A stretch of DNA of 63,566 nucleotides, filler included, from Vannella sp. (lineage: Eukaryota), in assembly GCA_023345925.1 (NCBI GenBank). It is 5 parts of 5 records of this genome, joined end to end, with 100 filler letters (N's around TTAATTAATTAA, not from the genome) between each part and the next. Parts side by side here need not be neighbours in the genome. Positions count along the whole stretch, not along the records: positions 30,357 to 38,468 come from JAJQQN010000589.1; positions 38,569 to 52,884 come from JAJQQN010001338.1; 3 more parts are not named here. One strand, written 5' to 3'. Shown one piece after another: positions 31,998-45,900 of this stretch. Numbering within the stretch: the first letter of the stretch is position 1; the number at the start of each line of letters is the position of its first letter. The notes under the pieces were generated by a model. That model worked only from the letters and a program-made list of their open reading frames with translations, made no database searches and had not been told where the DNA came from. Made by a program: the position numbers and the translations under genes.

Positions 31998-34007
31998 ATG
32001 GAGGGGAACGGGTCGTTGGACTTTCTCTTGTCGCAGCACAAGCAAGAGTTGATCGGATTGCTGCAGAAGCAGCAATATGAGGTGATGCGCTCGTATCACA
32101 GTGGGACGCGGTCTTCCTTTGTAGCAGCGCCACCGCCTCCTTTTCTGCTGAAAGGAGGCTCAATGCCGGAGAAAACCTACTCTTCGGAGCAGATGGACCG
32201 TATCCGTAAGATTCAGAACTTGGCTAGAAGTTTGCACATCTCAAGCAAGTGGAAGCGCGTCTGTACGTCAAGTTCATGCTCCCCGCTGTTGGTACCGTTC
32301 CTCTAACACTCTCCTTCAGCCCAATACTACGCCAAAACAGCAGAGGCAAAGACCTCTCGTAACAGGATGCGTGCTGTGAGAGATCTGGCGGAGAGTGAGA
32401 GGAAATACTGTGAAACACTCTCCACCATCGTGCAGGTAAGTGCCGTCAGACACACACCAGGGAAGCTTGTATAACAGGAACCAACAGAACTACATGGCGC
32501 CCCTATTGAACGAACGCCCAGGCCAGAGTGACGGTTCAAATCAAGCGGGAGCAAACGGAGCGCAAAGTATCTTTGGGAACCTCTACAACATCGCACGAGC
32601 GAACTTCAAGTTCTACCAAGCTGTAGAGATCCAAATGAACCGATGGCCATGCCGCCCAATGCAGCTGGGATCGGCTTTCATCGAGTTGGTGAGTGTTTTG
32701 CTCCTCCCAGTCACCTTTGGGGACTGAACTGGCCAATCTGCTGCAGGGAAAGAACGGACAGGCATATCTGGACTACATGGAGAACTTTGCTCACGCTTTG
32801 GGTATCTTGTGTGGTCTTGAGAAGGAGGAATGGTACCTCAATTGGTCACAGGTTAGTTCCAGCCTGCTGAAGAGTTGCGTCCAGCTTCTAAAGTAAGCCC
32901 ATTAGCTACATCACATCCGTAGGAAGACAGATGGCTCTGATGTGTGCCTGGCGGAGCTCCTTATCGAACCCATCCGAAGAATCGCACAATACTCAACTCT
33001 CTTCAACATCCTCGCTGACTGCACACCGGAAGACCATGTTGAGTATGAAGATGTTCAGAGAGCAGTGAAGAGAGCTGAGAGGATGGCGACCCATTCACAA
33101 GTAATCTGTGCCCAAGCGGAAAGTGTCTTGCAAGTGTATTTGATGCAGGCTAAGTTCTCTGGCAAAGCCTTACCAAACCTTGTCAAGCCCTATCGTCGAT
33201 TTATCTGCTACAGTAACTTGGTAGAGTTGGGAGACATCCCGGAAGAACGCTTCGTGGCTCTCTTTAATGACACTTTGGTTATTGCTAGTGCCAATGCCGC
33301 CTTCAACTCGCGTAAAGCAGGAATGTATGAATTCCAGCGGACTATCTCCCTTTACAAGGCTTCTGCAAAGGCTATTCCCGATATTCCACCAAGTATGTCA
33401 CTTAATCGGGGTTATCACACTCATTCACATCTCTGGCAGCATTCACCAACTCTTTTATGATCGCTTCTTCAAGTGGAGTTGCTTCTTTCTCGTGCAGGAC
33501 ACCAGAGGAGAAGATTAGATGGATGCAGGATGTCGATTCTGCGTGCTCCAGCTTGCAGAACAGCTACGTCGGGCTTCACCAAGATGAGGCATCACAGGAG
33601 CAGATTGAAGGTTACCTGGCCTGCGCTCAAGATAGCATTGAGTATGCCAATAGCTGGTGCAGCTTCCGTAATGGAGTACTCGATGTCTGTGACTCCTTCG
33701 TAAGTCCTCGGGAATGGGAGTATCGCAATGCTGACCAATAGAGCAGAAAGGTTCGAAACTATTCTCCATTGTTGTGAAGGAGACGAGGCTGAATTTACTC
33801 CCTGACAACGAGACGGGCCGAAACTATTGCTTTGAGCTCACCAGCACTGTTCGGCAGCAGTCTTTCCTGTTCAGTGCTCCAGAAAGGGATGAGTTTGATC
33901 GATGGGTAGCTTTCCTTTTACCTGAAAGCACTCAAGAGATTGCTGACGCTTCAGATGATGATGTTGCCACATTGAATACTCAATTCCGCAGCCCTTCGAG
34001 GTATTGA
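31998..34007 (+). CDS. RhoGEF (DH-PH-PH) protein, multi-exon
   Basis: DLAESERKYCETL, IFGNL, LLIEPIRRIAQYSTL..TPEDHVEY, PH FVALFNDTLV and a second PH RNYCFEL..FDRWV. Confidence 0.8.
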
Positions 34008-34085
34008 ATGGCTTCCGGCTGAATACTCCCTTTCACTCCCGTTCTTTTCTTCCAATACACCCACTCTGCTGCAAGATTTGAAGAC

Positions 34086-36034
34086 TCATTTAGCGGGAAC
34101 TATTCCTCTCGTCTCCTTTACCATGAGAAGGACCAAGTCAATCTCTTCTTGAAGGTCACTTGGAAGGTTGGTGCGGAGCACTGCACGTCCTAAGAGATTC
34201 AGATTTGTTATCGCTCTTTGTAAGAGAGCGTCTGGAGCTTCAGACAATGTGCTGTACTTGTTGCGATAGGCACAGAGTTTGTCGTACAGCGTCTTGGTTT
34301 TGGCGTTACGGAATACTGATGAATAAACATCGTTCACTCGTACAAGTAGCTCCACAGCTTTGTTCTTCTCTTCTGAATTCGGAACGAAATTGTCTGGATG
34401 AAGGCGACGGTTAATCTCTTTCCGTTTTGCACTGATTTCATCCAAAGAGGAGGCCGAAGTTGATTCCAAGAGCGTGTAGAAGTCAGTTTTGGCCAATATT
34501 GCGGAAATACGGGTTGCCCAACTCTCTTCCTCGTGAGGAACTTGAACATTGAGACTTTCATCCAAATTCTCAAGGTTCTCCTCTACTGTGACCTCCACTG
34601 GCTCTGCAATGGGTTCAGCGGAAGCTGGTTTGAATGAATTCGTGGGGAAAACGAATGAAGAAGTAAAATTCGTCTGGCCAGCGAACGGAGTGGAAAGGAA
34701 TGTACCCTCGTCTCGAGAGACCGAATCAGTTCCAGAGATAACATCGTTAATCCATCCAACTGAGGTCCCAGGCACTGGAATTTTTTCGGATTCAAGTTCC
34801 TTTGCTACTTCAGAGCTATGAGTAGTCTCTGATTCGACAGAAGGGGGATTGACTTCATTTGTTGGTTCAGATGTCTCGACACCTTCTGGAAGTGCCTTCT
34901 CGATAACCAAAGCCCCTCTCGACTCCTCCTCTATCTCCACTACTTCATCCAATGAAACAGTCGGGAGAACAGGTGGTTTGTAGTCCTTATCCCGAAGGTC
35001 AATTCCATTCACTTCTTGAATCTCGGAGAGCGTTTTCTCGAAAAGAGCACAGATAGAAGGGTCTTCGACCATATCTCCACTTGCGTCACCAAACAGCTTC
35101 AGTCTGGGGACTCGGGGGAGTTGCAAAGGTCCTTTCAGACTTTGAAGAACATTCTGGACGAATTGACTTGTTCGTTCGGTGGAGTTAATCCGATCGGTAA
35201 AGAGGATGAGCTTGTCACAGATCTCTCTTGTAGTAGGGATGATAGAGTACGAGTTGGCAGCGTAGCGACTGTAAGCCACCTTACTACATGCCACCCGCCC
35301 CTTTTCGACCTTCTCGAGAGTGGCAAGGATGGAGGGCGTGTCTTTGGTGAAGTACTGTCGTTGCATATTACCACATTCTTCAACAAGAGACCGATAAGCT
35401 CGAAAGGCGACGTCCATCTCCGTCTTGAGCTGACTACTTTGCACTTCCAGCTTCTGGCGCTTCTCATACGACAATTGGGGGTCGTCCAGTGTCTTACTGA
35501 TTGCTAATCATGATCTGTAAGCCATAGCTTCTCATTCCCAACACGGAACGAACCTTTCTGGGACTGTGCAAGCTTTACATAGGCTCCTCGAGACTTGAGA
35601 AGGCTCTTGTAGGCTGTCTCCATGGCAGAGGGAACAGCTAGCATCTGATCACGAATTTCAGCTACATCGTCTGCTGTCTGCTGCAAGAAAGCATCGAGGG
35701 GAAGGTGTCCTTGTTGCGAAAGGCTCTCCGCAAGTTGGGCGTGTTGCTCGGCCACCTGGCGTACGGAGCTCTTTACCGCTTGCCACCCTTCGGCAAGGGG
35801 TACACTTGATTCAACAAGTACTTTCTTCTTCGCAAAGTAGCCCTGCGGGGACTCCCACGTGGAGCAAGGGAGGGCAAGAAGGGCGAGAAGACTTGTGGAG
35901 TAAGTCTCTTCAATCTGCGCGTAGCGCGTCCAGAACTCGGCCTGATGCTGTGTGATGTCTCTCCCAGTCTCCACCATTCCCAACGCAGCCTCAACACTGT
36001 TTGGGACAAAGGAGAGGCGGGGGAACACCTCCAT
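34086..36034 (-). CDS. F-BAR (FCH) domain protein with a C-terminal DnaJ domain; one intron ~35505-35553
   Basis: FWTRYAQIEETYSTSL and LEKVEKGRV are F-BAR-like; DFYTLLES..EISAKRKEINRRLHPD..VNDVY is a J domain. Confidence 0.75.
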
Positions 36035-36601
36035 GACCCAAAGTCACCCACAAATGGACCTTCCCAGAGTACCATTTCCCTCATTCATCAAACTTCATGA
36101 CTCGCGGACTCCAATTCGAGGACAAGAAGTGGAGAGAAAGTGTTTCAAGCAGCGGAACATGCCCACTTCGCTCGTCTGTTCGCGGGCTCAGATGTCGAGG
36201 ATCAACCAATGCGACTGCAATCAACTGTTCCCCTTCTTGCAGGATACAGGTGTGGAAGGACCGTCATGCATTGCCACACATTGATATGGAAGGGGAGACA
36301 TTCCACAAACTGAGCTCTCTGATCAGAGTCCTCTCCCTTTTGTTCTTTCCCCATTCCGTCAACACTCCTCCCGTGGGCGCACTTGTTTGCTCAGCAGCGC
36401 CCGCGAGATACGTGGCCACAAAGACTTCGAGAGGACTTCTGTTCGGGCGGCAACGCATCTCGCGGGAGCTTCCGCTAGATCTCACACACTCGTGCGTGAG
36501 TTTTGGTTTTGGTTGACCTCCTCTCGGTGTAGCTCGGTGGGTCGGGATCGCTCCAGAGGGTGCTCTTCGAGTTCTTCTTTGAGGGGAAGCGTTTAGTTCT
36601 C

Positions 36602-37661
36602 TCAGAAGAGCTTCTCGACCTGCTTGGTCGTTGTCTCTTCTTCTTCTTCGTACTCGACAGTGACGTGAGCTCGCTTTGCGCGCTTTGGTGTGGGGGCTTT
36701 TCGCGATGGTGTTTGCCTCTTGGACCCTGTGGGGGAGGGCAGGTCTTCATCATCGTCTGATGGTATACCTGTCTCCTCACTGTCTTGATCGGAGTCCCCA
36801 CCACTCTGCTCGCCCTCATCTGATTCGCCATCTTCCTCATCGTCTTCGGAACCATCGCCAAAGCCATCTTCCATGTCCCATTCATCATTGTCCGAATCGC
36901 CTTCTATAAACTCGACGCCCTGCTCTTCTGCGTTCTCCTCCTCGTCCTCCACCTCCATTTCGTCCAAAGCAGCATCAAAATGCTTCTGTGGGAAGCTGTA
37001 GATGTCTCCGTAGACGTTCTTCTTAAGGCGCTCGAGTAGTTCCTTCTTGATCGAGCGATCCAGCTGTGCTGCAGCAAGCGCCTTCTGCTCCCTCGTCTCC
37101 TCTCGGCGCTCTCGCTTCTTGCTGATGGGCACCAGTTCGGGTCTGTTCTGTAACTGGAGCTTCCTCATGCGGATGAGGTACTGGTGGATCTTTGTCAGGC
37201 GCTGCTTGGCCTTGTGGATGAGGTAAGCGGGCCAATACTCGAGGTTCTCATCAATCTTGGCCAACGCCTGCGCGTAGCTTGCAGGGAGCTTGATCTTCTC
37301 CCACATCTTTGCTGGAGAGTGAGCTCTTTCGATTGTCTTCATGCAGAGGTAGCAGGCGCCGTCCTTCTCTATTATCGTGCAATACCGCGAGTTGGCAAGG
37401 GGACAAGAGCCTCGATTGCACAAGCCAGTGATGTTCATTGGGTGTCGACAGAAGTTCTGTGTGACCGTTCTATAGTGATCCCTTCTTATCAGTCTATGCC
37501 CTCGTACAACGCGAAGGAAGGAGTCCTTTCACCCTCTCTGATCATCCCACCCTTCCCAGGGAAGCCTCTTAGCAACACCCATCCACTCACTTGGCTTTGT
37601 ATGAGCAGAAGGTGGACTTTCCATTGCCAATGAGGTTCCAAATGACGTCGTCGTGCTGCAT
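36602..37661 (-). CDS. MAK16: Ribosome biogenesis protein MAK16
   Basis: [56 protein letters not shown], acidic tail VEYEEE. Confidence 0.95.
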
Positions 37662-38468
37662 CGATGTGGACGAGTGAAGGATCCAAGCAACAGAAGCCCA
37701 AAACTCATCAACCAACATTTCATCTAAAATTTCCAGGAAGAAGCAAATTTGAGACAGCGGGCCCAACACATTCTTTTCTCTTCATGCTGCACCCGATCTA
37801 ATCAAACTGGATTCTGGGTGTTGACCGAGGGAGAGACCGAAACCGGAGGGTGTGTTAGGAGCAACTTCTTTCCTTCAACACAATCGTACAAACAGTGTTC
37901 AAACAAAGACGGAGGAACGTCGAAGCAGTCTTCATCAAGCAGGGAAACCTACAGATTTGGCGTCAGGGACGCTCATAGGAGCCGTCACCCGCACCAAGCC
38001 AAAAGAAAGGCCTGGAAACAGGGTTTTTTTTGGAAAAGCAGCTTTTAGTTAAAACTACAATGTCGGGTCACAAGATTCAGATCTCTCGCCACGGTGTTAT
38101 GCCTTTCAATCTGAGGGGAGGTAACACATGCTAATCGCGGTTTGCCTGCAGTTTGGGCTCACAACAAATGAGAAAGTCGTTTCTTTGGGCTCCTGGAAAC
38201 AGTTTGGTGCGCTCCTTGTGTTCGATGGCACTTATCCTCCAATCTTTTGATCCACGGGATGAGTCTTGATGAGGCTACTTTTTTGGTTTTCGGGTAGACC
38301 CAACTCGTTTACAGGTGCTTGAGAACTGGCTCGATTGTCATTGGGGTTTGGTTCTAAACGCTTGCGTGGGTTCTCCCTGGGAGAGTAGAGAACACAGAGG
38401 AGAAGATTCTCTTAATACAGCTTTATTACGCTTCAATAAGATCCTCCACTTGCTGTTCCCATGATCTT

Positions 38469-38568
38469 NNNNNNNNNNNNNNNNNNNNNNNNNNNNNNNN
38501 NNNNNNNNNNNNTTAATTAATTAANNNNNNNNNNNNNNNNNNNNNNNNNNNNNNNNNNNNNNNNNNNN
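38469..38568. other. Artificial contig spacer
   Basis: N44-TTAATTAATTAA-N44. Confidence 0.97.
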
Positions 38569-39120
38569 AGCTTTTCCATCGTTTGGAGGGATCATCAAAT
38601 GAGCCCAAAAAGTGCCTCGATCAAAACACATAAAAAGTTCATTGGTAAAGGTCCCGATTGAATTTAGAGATCCTTTTCAACCATGGCCAGGGGACGTGGT
38701 TGATCTGGGCCGTGAACTTTCTCGGAAAGCATCGACCCGCTGCGGAGACTTCTGGGGGCGGGTAGAAAAGACGGACGGCCTCATTGCGAAGATCAAACAC
38801 TTGGTAGAGAGCTTGTTCCATGTGGGTGAGGGTCACTTCTAGTTCGCCCTTTCCATTGAGGTTGAACTTTCGCCCAAGGACTTCCATCCCGCCTTGAGTG
38901 TTACAGCTTAGATAAGTGCAAGGGTGAAAAGGAACAGAAGTAGAGGGAAAGGCAGTTAGCAGCGAGGAACTGCAGCAAGCACAGAGAAAGAGCCGGAAAA
39001 GGATAGAACCCCTAAATCGTACAGTTCTCAAGACAGCTTCTATAAACGGCAACTTGGTGGTCCACCAACTCAAGATCGGCCAACCAACCAAAGAGTCCAC
39101 TTGTTCTGTGACCACCGGAG

Positions 39121-39690
39121 ATGGAAGAAGAGATGGAACGGTGGAGAGAGATGATGCGCTTTGCGAATGAGCATCCCGACCTCCCTGAACAGCCCCCGCT
39201 TTCTTCTTTTCAAACCCAGTCGTGCTTGGGATCTTCCCCTCTCCATTTTGCAGCCCTCAGTGACAACTTGGAAATGGCTTCCCTTCTGCTTGACCACAAC
39301 GTGGACCCGAACGCCTCCAACTACTATGGGGAAACACCTTTGCATTGGGCTTGTCACAAAGGACACACGCAGATGATTCTGCCTCTCCTTGCCTCAGGAG
39401 CGGACATCAACCAAGCTGACCATGACGGTGAGACTCCGCTACACTGGTGCGTGCGTGAGGAGAACTGGAAAGCCATTCAACTGCTCCTGCTCCTGGGAGC
39501 TTCCTCGAAATTGGAAAACTCGGACTCCATGACACCCTTGCAACTCGCCCGTGACCAACAGGCATGGCGTTGTATTCTCCTACTTCATTTGCGAGAGTGT
39601 AGAGCGATCAATTCGATGCTTGTTGGTCACAAACGCTCCTCAAGCCAACCAGCCTCTCCCTCCCCCCTTCCCACACAAACCCCTCCTTGA
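39121..39690 (+). CDS. Ankyrin repeat protein
   Basis: GSSPLHFAA, GETPLHWAC, GETPLHWCV, MTPLQLA. Confidence 0.9.
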   Translation: MEEEMERWREMMRFANEHPDLPEQPPLSSFQTQSCLGSSPLHFAALSDNLEMASLLLDHNVDPNASNYYGETPLHWACHKGHTQMILPLLASGADINQADHDGETPLHWCVREENWKAIQLLLLLGASSKLENSDSMTPLQLARDQQAWRCILLLHLRECRAINSMLVGHKRSSSQPASPSPLPTQTPP

Positions 39691-39968
39691 CCAGAATGGA
39701 CAGCCCAATAGTGTAAATATGTTTCATCACGGCTCTGACTGGTACGAAAGCTTCCTTTTCTGACCTGATGAGCAAAGCAAGCAAGTGGATTGCGTTCGGC
39801 CCCTCTCTCGTTGACTCTATCAATTGCAAATCGGGCGGATTATGATGGGACAATGAACCCAAAGGAGGATTGACAGTGAATCGAAGAACACCGGCAAATG
39901 AATGGTGGCCGTTAGGAAAGTCATTTTTTGGTCCAAGTTCGGGTGGGGAAGGCGAATTCTAGGACGTA

Positions 39969-42900
39969 ATGACTGACAAGCTGGTTCAAGACCTTGTCGC
40001 TCGGTTGTCGCAAGAGGTGAGTGAGGAAAGGGAGAGAACGTTCATCATTAGTGACAATCGGCCCGCTGCGGTTAGCTGCCTTACTTTTCAACCAGCAAGC
40101 GAGGGCAAGCCGCCAGCTTTTTACAACAAAACGAGGATGCACTCCTCCGTCTTAGTGTGCAAAAGGCAGAGCCAATTGCTACCACACTCCTCTCCCAGTT
40201 GAAGATCCTCGCAAAGGTAAGAGCACAGCAGGCACCCGTTTCATCGCTCCTTCGACTCACAGAAGTAATCCAGGCATCAACCAACACGGAAGACACACTC
40301 GAGAGGCAAGCCAAGAGCCTTCTTTATCTCCTAGAGCTTCTTGGGCGTTGCTTGGAGGTTCCTTGGAAGGCTCTGATAGCTTTCCACTGCTCTTCTATTG
40401 ATTGGGATGAAGTTAAACCGGACGGTTCTCACAAGCGCAAGCTTGCAGAGAAGGAAGGAACAACTGCAGAGCGTTTGGAGAAGGAAGTGGAAAGGGAAGG
40501 GCTCATGCCGCCCTCTCTCAACGAAGCACTGGCAACAGACTTGTTCAAGTTCATTACAGACCAACTGAATGTGTACCGCTCTTCTACCGGCCCTCTCCAG
40601 GCGAGCATTATGCGGGCCTTGGAGTCTTGCCTCTTCCAAATCTCAGCGTCCAACTACAGCGTCTGCTTCAAGCCAATCCTCCCCGCACTTACATCGCCAA
40701 CAGTCACGGAAGAGGACATCAACAACACCGTCGCCCTGCTAGAGCACTACAACCACTCCTCTCGTGCCTTGGGTGTGATCATTCAGACGTTAGGGAAGGC
40801 ACTGAATGGACTCAAGAAGACGCCTGTCCAAGCAGCTCTCGCCAATGTCATGTACAAGGTCATCTGGCGATGGATTGAGCACTTCCCTTACCAGTTCATC
40901 GCCTTGTGTCAGTCTGGTGGGCGCCTGTCTGGCAACCCTGACGCTGTCTTTGATGTGTTCGATGGCTGGGCTGCCAATACAGCGAAGAAAGCCTCCTTCT
41001 GGCCTGTGTGCTCAGCTCTTCTGATACTCTGCCCGGATATCTTGCTCGCCGCCGTGGGCTCGTCTGGTGGACCTTCCACAGTGACAGCCAAGCAACTGGA
41101 GAGCAAGGCCAAGTTCCTAGAGAGTCTCAAGAAGGCCATGAAAGCCTCCAAACTCACCGATGTGGCCACACGTTGCTTCGTGGACTTTTGCCGCGCCTCG
41201 ACCTTTGTCAGCAAGAGCGACTTGTCAGCTCTACGCTTCATCCCTCCCACAGTCGACAAGGAGCTTCACGAACGGTTGTTCACAGCGAGCGCGCCTCCCA
41301 AACGGGCGGACGGCACAGTGGACAGCGAGTTGATGGTGGAGTGCCTCAAAGCCTTCTATTACATGTCCTCGCGCAAGATCATCGCCTCTCTCTTCACCGA
41401 GTTCGTCGACTCGGCGGCCTCTCCGCTGTGCAAGCAAGTGCTGATTGACACTCTCCTGCAGGTTGCCGAAGAGCCGCGCGCGTTGGAGTGGAACCCCACC
41501 TTAGAGGATCTGTATGGAGCGCACTCGAGCAACCTCCGACGGCTCTTCGACGAGCTTCTTTCGTCTGTCAGGGACTTCCAACGGTTGGCCATCGCGACCG
41601 ACAAGAAGGGGCGCGCGCAGTTCGAGAAGGTCCAAAGCGATGTCTCCATTCTGATTAAGCTCGTCCGCCTTTACGGAGTCGACCCGAAGATTGCTCTGCA
41701 CCAGAAAGAGGCCAGCGCCGCCGAGGAGGTCAAACGAATGCTCACCGGACTGGCGGATTGCTCTATTTTCTACGACATTCCTGAGCTCTCTCAGACTGCC
41801 ACACACGCCCTCTTGGAGATGTTCCGGATGGAGCATCTGTCCCGCTGGTTCGGCAGTGCGGATGACTTCTGGAATACGACGTCCTCCATCACTCTCATCT
41901 TGGCCTCGGTCATTATTGAGCGCTCTGATTTGGACGCAGTGGCCACTTTGGCCAACTTGACCGTTCTTCAGAAGGTTCTGGAACTCCGAAACCAGTTCAT
42001 TAGCACCCATCCCAATGCCAAACCCACTGCAGCGAGTAAGCACATTCGCTTGTTCTCCAGTATCAACCTGGAGAGTGCGTTCCTGATTCATTTGGGTTCT
42101 TGTGATACGACCATTGTGAGCCAATGCACTAGTATCTGCCGCCTTCTTTGTGCGGAGACAGAGTTATTGAGCAGCAGTATTGATGAGAGTGACAGTGCGA
42201 TATTCGCCAACTTTGATGCGTACGCGCAGATTGCAGATTCCACTCTCTCTACTGGACGGGCAGCCCAACAAAAGGCCATCCGCACTCTTCTCAAACGCGT
42301 TGACCAACAGACACCTGGCAACTTTGTTGCATGGGACGAAGTAGCTTATCGTTGGGGAGTTTATACTTCCGTTGTGAAGGCGCACGAGGACGCAGAGGCG
42401 GCAAAGATTGCCTCAGAGGTAGCAAACACTGGAACCAAGCTCCGAAGACCAAAGATTGGGACAGTCTCCGTGGAAGAGGGTCTTCCCCGTATTTTAGCAT
42501 CCAAATCACCCGTGGATGTGTTCTCTGAGTGGTCCAACCTTCTCGGAATGCTGTGTTCGCTGAGCGCAGTAACAGTGGGAAAGGGAAGCGGCCGCGCTAT
42601 TGGAGCCCGCGCTTCCAAGAGCGAGTTCTCTAAGGGGCCAGAAGCGTTTTTCAAATGCCTCATGGATTTACTTGTTAGTGAACAGGTCAAGGTTCGCGAA
42701 AACGTCAAAATGATGCTTGGCAATGCCACCAGTCCCGCTGTGTTCACCGAGCTCTTCGCCACCTTGTATACTCAAGCGAAGCAACGAACAGTTACTTCTG
42801 CTGGCGAAGCAGACTTGGGTCCCAACTCCATTCTATTCGTGGACCAGGCCAGCTCCATCGTCAAACTCATTCTCGAGACAGAGACAGAGGCTGAAGCTCT

Positions 42901-45900
42901 TTCCCTGCTCACCGGGTTTGAAGACCTCATCCTCTTGCTCGTCCGCTTCGTTCGTCAACTTTCCATTTCAATCAATCACCTCCAGATTCGCTGCAAACTG
43001 TGTGGCCTGCTGGAATGCATGATGGCCAAAAGCTCTCTGCTGACCTTCCGCAATGCGTTCCAGTTCCGCATTGAATTGGTGGAGAACATTAAAGAGTGGA
43101 CGAGTGAGTTCTCTTCTCGGGAGGCGAATATCCCTGCAGACATGCCCGAAGGGCCGCGCAAGCAATGTGTGAAGCTCATTAAGGAACTCGATGTGCAGGC
43201 CATGCGAGTTATTTCCTCTTTGCTACGCGGACTGCCATTGCCAGGCAAAGATGACGAAGCAAAGGCCCAGAGCTTCTCTACTTTGTTCTCTTTCTTCACA
43301 ACGCTCCTCACTCGCTGCAAGAAGAACCCTCAAACTGTTATCACTCCAGACCTATCAGAGGCCACAATCGCTGCGCTCTCTTTCTTGGTAACCGCCAACA
43401 TCGAACACGGCATTGATTACTTCCTGTCAATGGGATACTACGAAGACTACGAATCCCGCTCTGCTTTCCTTCGGGTCCTCACCAACATCCTCAAAGAAGG
43501 GACGGACTTTGATTCCGGCGAACCCTCGGACCGCTATTACAAGCTGGTGGAGCTTCTAGTGGCCGACCCTAACTGCACAGTGGCCTTGGCCCTTGGTGAT
43601 GCCACGGCCATTACAGAGGCTGATAAGGTAGCGACTGTTTTAGTTCACATCTTCGAAGCCAGCGACCGCGCACTCGACCTCTTAAAAGCCTCCATTACTC
43701 TGGAAGTGACTCGCACAGAGAAAGAGAATACTCTCTTTCGGCTCAACAGCATGGCCACGAAGCTGCTTTCTGCGTATTGTAAACTCATCGGCAAGGCTTA
43801 CTTGCAAGCTTCCGTGGGCCCCCAAATCAAACAGTTTATTCAGCAGCCATTCCCTTGCGAAGTGGATCCCGCTCGCCTTCAGGAGGGAGACGACATTTCA
43901 ATCCATCAAGAGAACCTGAAGCAGATCTGCCAGGCCTTCTTGGTGGACATCGGTGCGTCCATTCCACAATGCCCCACTGTCATCCGGGAAGCGTGTAACT
44001 TCCTCCGGGAAGTTGTCTCTCAGAAGTTCCCTGAGGCAGGGGACACAGCCATTGCTGGATTCGTCTTCCTTCGCTATCTCTGCCCTTCCATCGTGGCACC
44101 AGACGGCTTTGGGGTGGTGGATACTCCGGTCACGGACCGCGATGTCCGGCGAGCATTCGTGCTGATAACCAAGGTCTTACAGAACCTCGCGAACCGCGTT
44201 CTCTTCACCAAAGAGGTGTTCATGCAACCGTTCAACCCTTTCATTGAAGACAACATTGAACTGATTAAGAGCCTCTTTGCTCAGTATGCCACCATTCCAG
44301 AGGGCGAGCCATTGACGGCTGGCATCACCTTTTCAGAAGAGCAGCGCCAAGATGACTTGGGCCGCTTCCACTTCTACCTCAGTGGCACAATGGATAAGCT
44401 GTCCAAGGTGTGGGGAGCACCAGAGTTTGTGGGTGACAATCCTCTTGACCGTGTGACTGCTCTGCTTTCTCAGCTCGGCCCTCCGCCTGACTTGCCCAAA
44501 GACTCCAAAGGAGGTGTCAAGGCTGTCAGCTCAGCCAGTAAGAAAGGCCCCAATGCACTGTATGAGAACTTTATTGCCCGGATGGCCCAAGTGGACACTT
44601 CTCCGGTCAAAGAGAAGAATATCTACTTTGCCAGTGGCACTACGGAGTCGAAGGTGCCACTCCTTTATTACATTGCGAGGAACTATTCTCCTTCACTCGA
44701 AATGGACACATTCAATTACCATCTCCTCAGTACCACTCAGCCTTTCCTGGACAAGCCCTGGGCTCTGGTAATAGACCTGACTTACTTTGTAGCAGAGAGC
44801 CAACTCCCAGCCGCGTGGTGCTCGAATCTCCACACGGTTCTGCCACCCGGTGTCAGCGACAACCTCGAAGCGATCTACTTCCTCCACGCTGGTACTTGGT
44901 TCAAGAAGTTCTCTAAGCGCGTTGAAAAGATGGTGGGCAGAGTCACCAAGAAATTCGTGTTCTGCACTAGTTTGGCTCAATTGGCCAAGCACATTCCCGT
45001 AGATGGGGACTGTGGGCTGCCTGTAGAGACGACGGCCATTGAAAAGAACACGCAAGCCACCTTTAACAAAGTGACAATGACCCGCGCGGGCCAATACAAC
45101 AAGAAAGAGATCAAAATGCTCCTCACTCCCGACACCGTCCAGATAGTCACCACCAAACAGCATCCTTTACTGGGCCACTCGGTGGCCATGGTGGACTTTG
45201 TGCCCATCTCCCGACTCTCTTCGATATCCAGCGGGGGGAAAGATAAGAGCGAATTCACTCTCACCTACAACGTGTCAGGAGTGCGCACCTCTGTATTTAA
45301 TAGTGCCTCTGCAGAGCAGATTGTCCAACAACTGAGCGCTTCAAAGGAACGCCATACCGCTGGAAAGTCCTACATCCGCTCGAAGGCATTCCAACCCTCC
45401 AACGTTCCCGGCACTCTTCTCAACATGGCGCTCCTCAACCTGACCGTGAAGAACTACGCTCTTCGCGTCGCAGCCCACAACTTGTTGGTCACTCTCTGTG
45501 GCACTTTTGCGTTCTCCTTGACATCTCGAGTGATGGAGGCGGGCAATATCGCCATTCCTCATAACACCAAGCACTTTGTGGTGCGAGTGAGCGAGGAATT
45601 GGCGGCCTCTGAGCCAAAGATGACTCTTGAGTTCCTTGAACAAGCCATTGGGTCCATCACGAATGGGGACAAGACCAGTCGAATGGTTGTCTTGGACTAC
45701 ATTCGCCCTTGGCTCTCGAATCTGGAGGCGGCAGTGCAACCAGGCTCAGCCTCGTATGTGGGAGAAGAGCATATGAGCAAGATTCAAGACATCTTAAACT
45801 TACTGGTCGTCTTGTCCATCAGAGAAGCCAACGACATTGGCCCTATCATCCTCGAGAAGGTGTGGGGCGTGTTGGCACTCTGCCCGTCCCTCCTGGACAG

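Noticed and set aside
38639..38887. Minus-strand ORF MEVLGRKFNLNG...
   Set aside because: Plausible composition, but no recognisable domain and close to a contig end.
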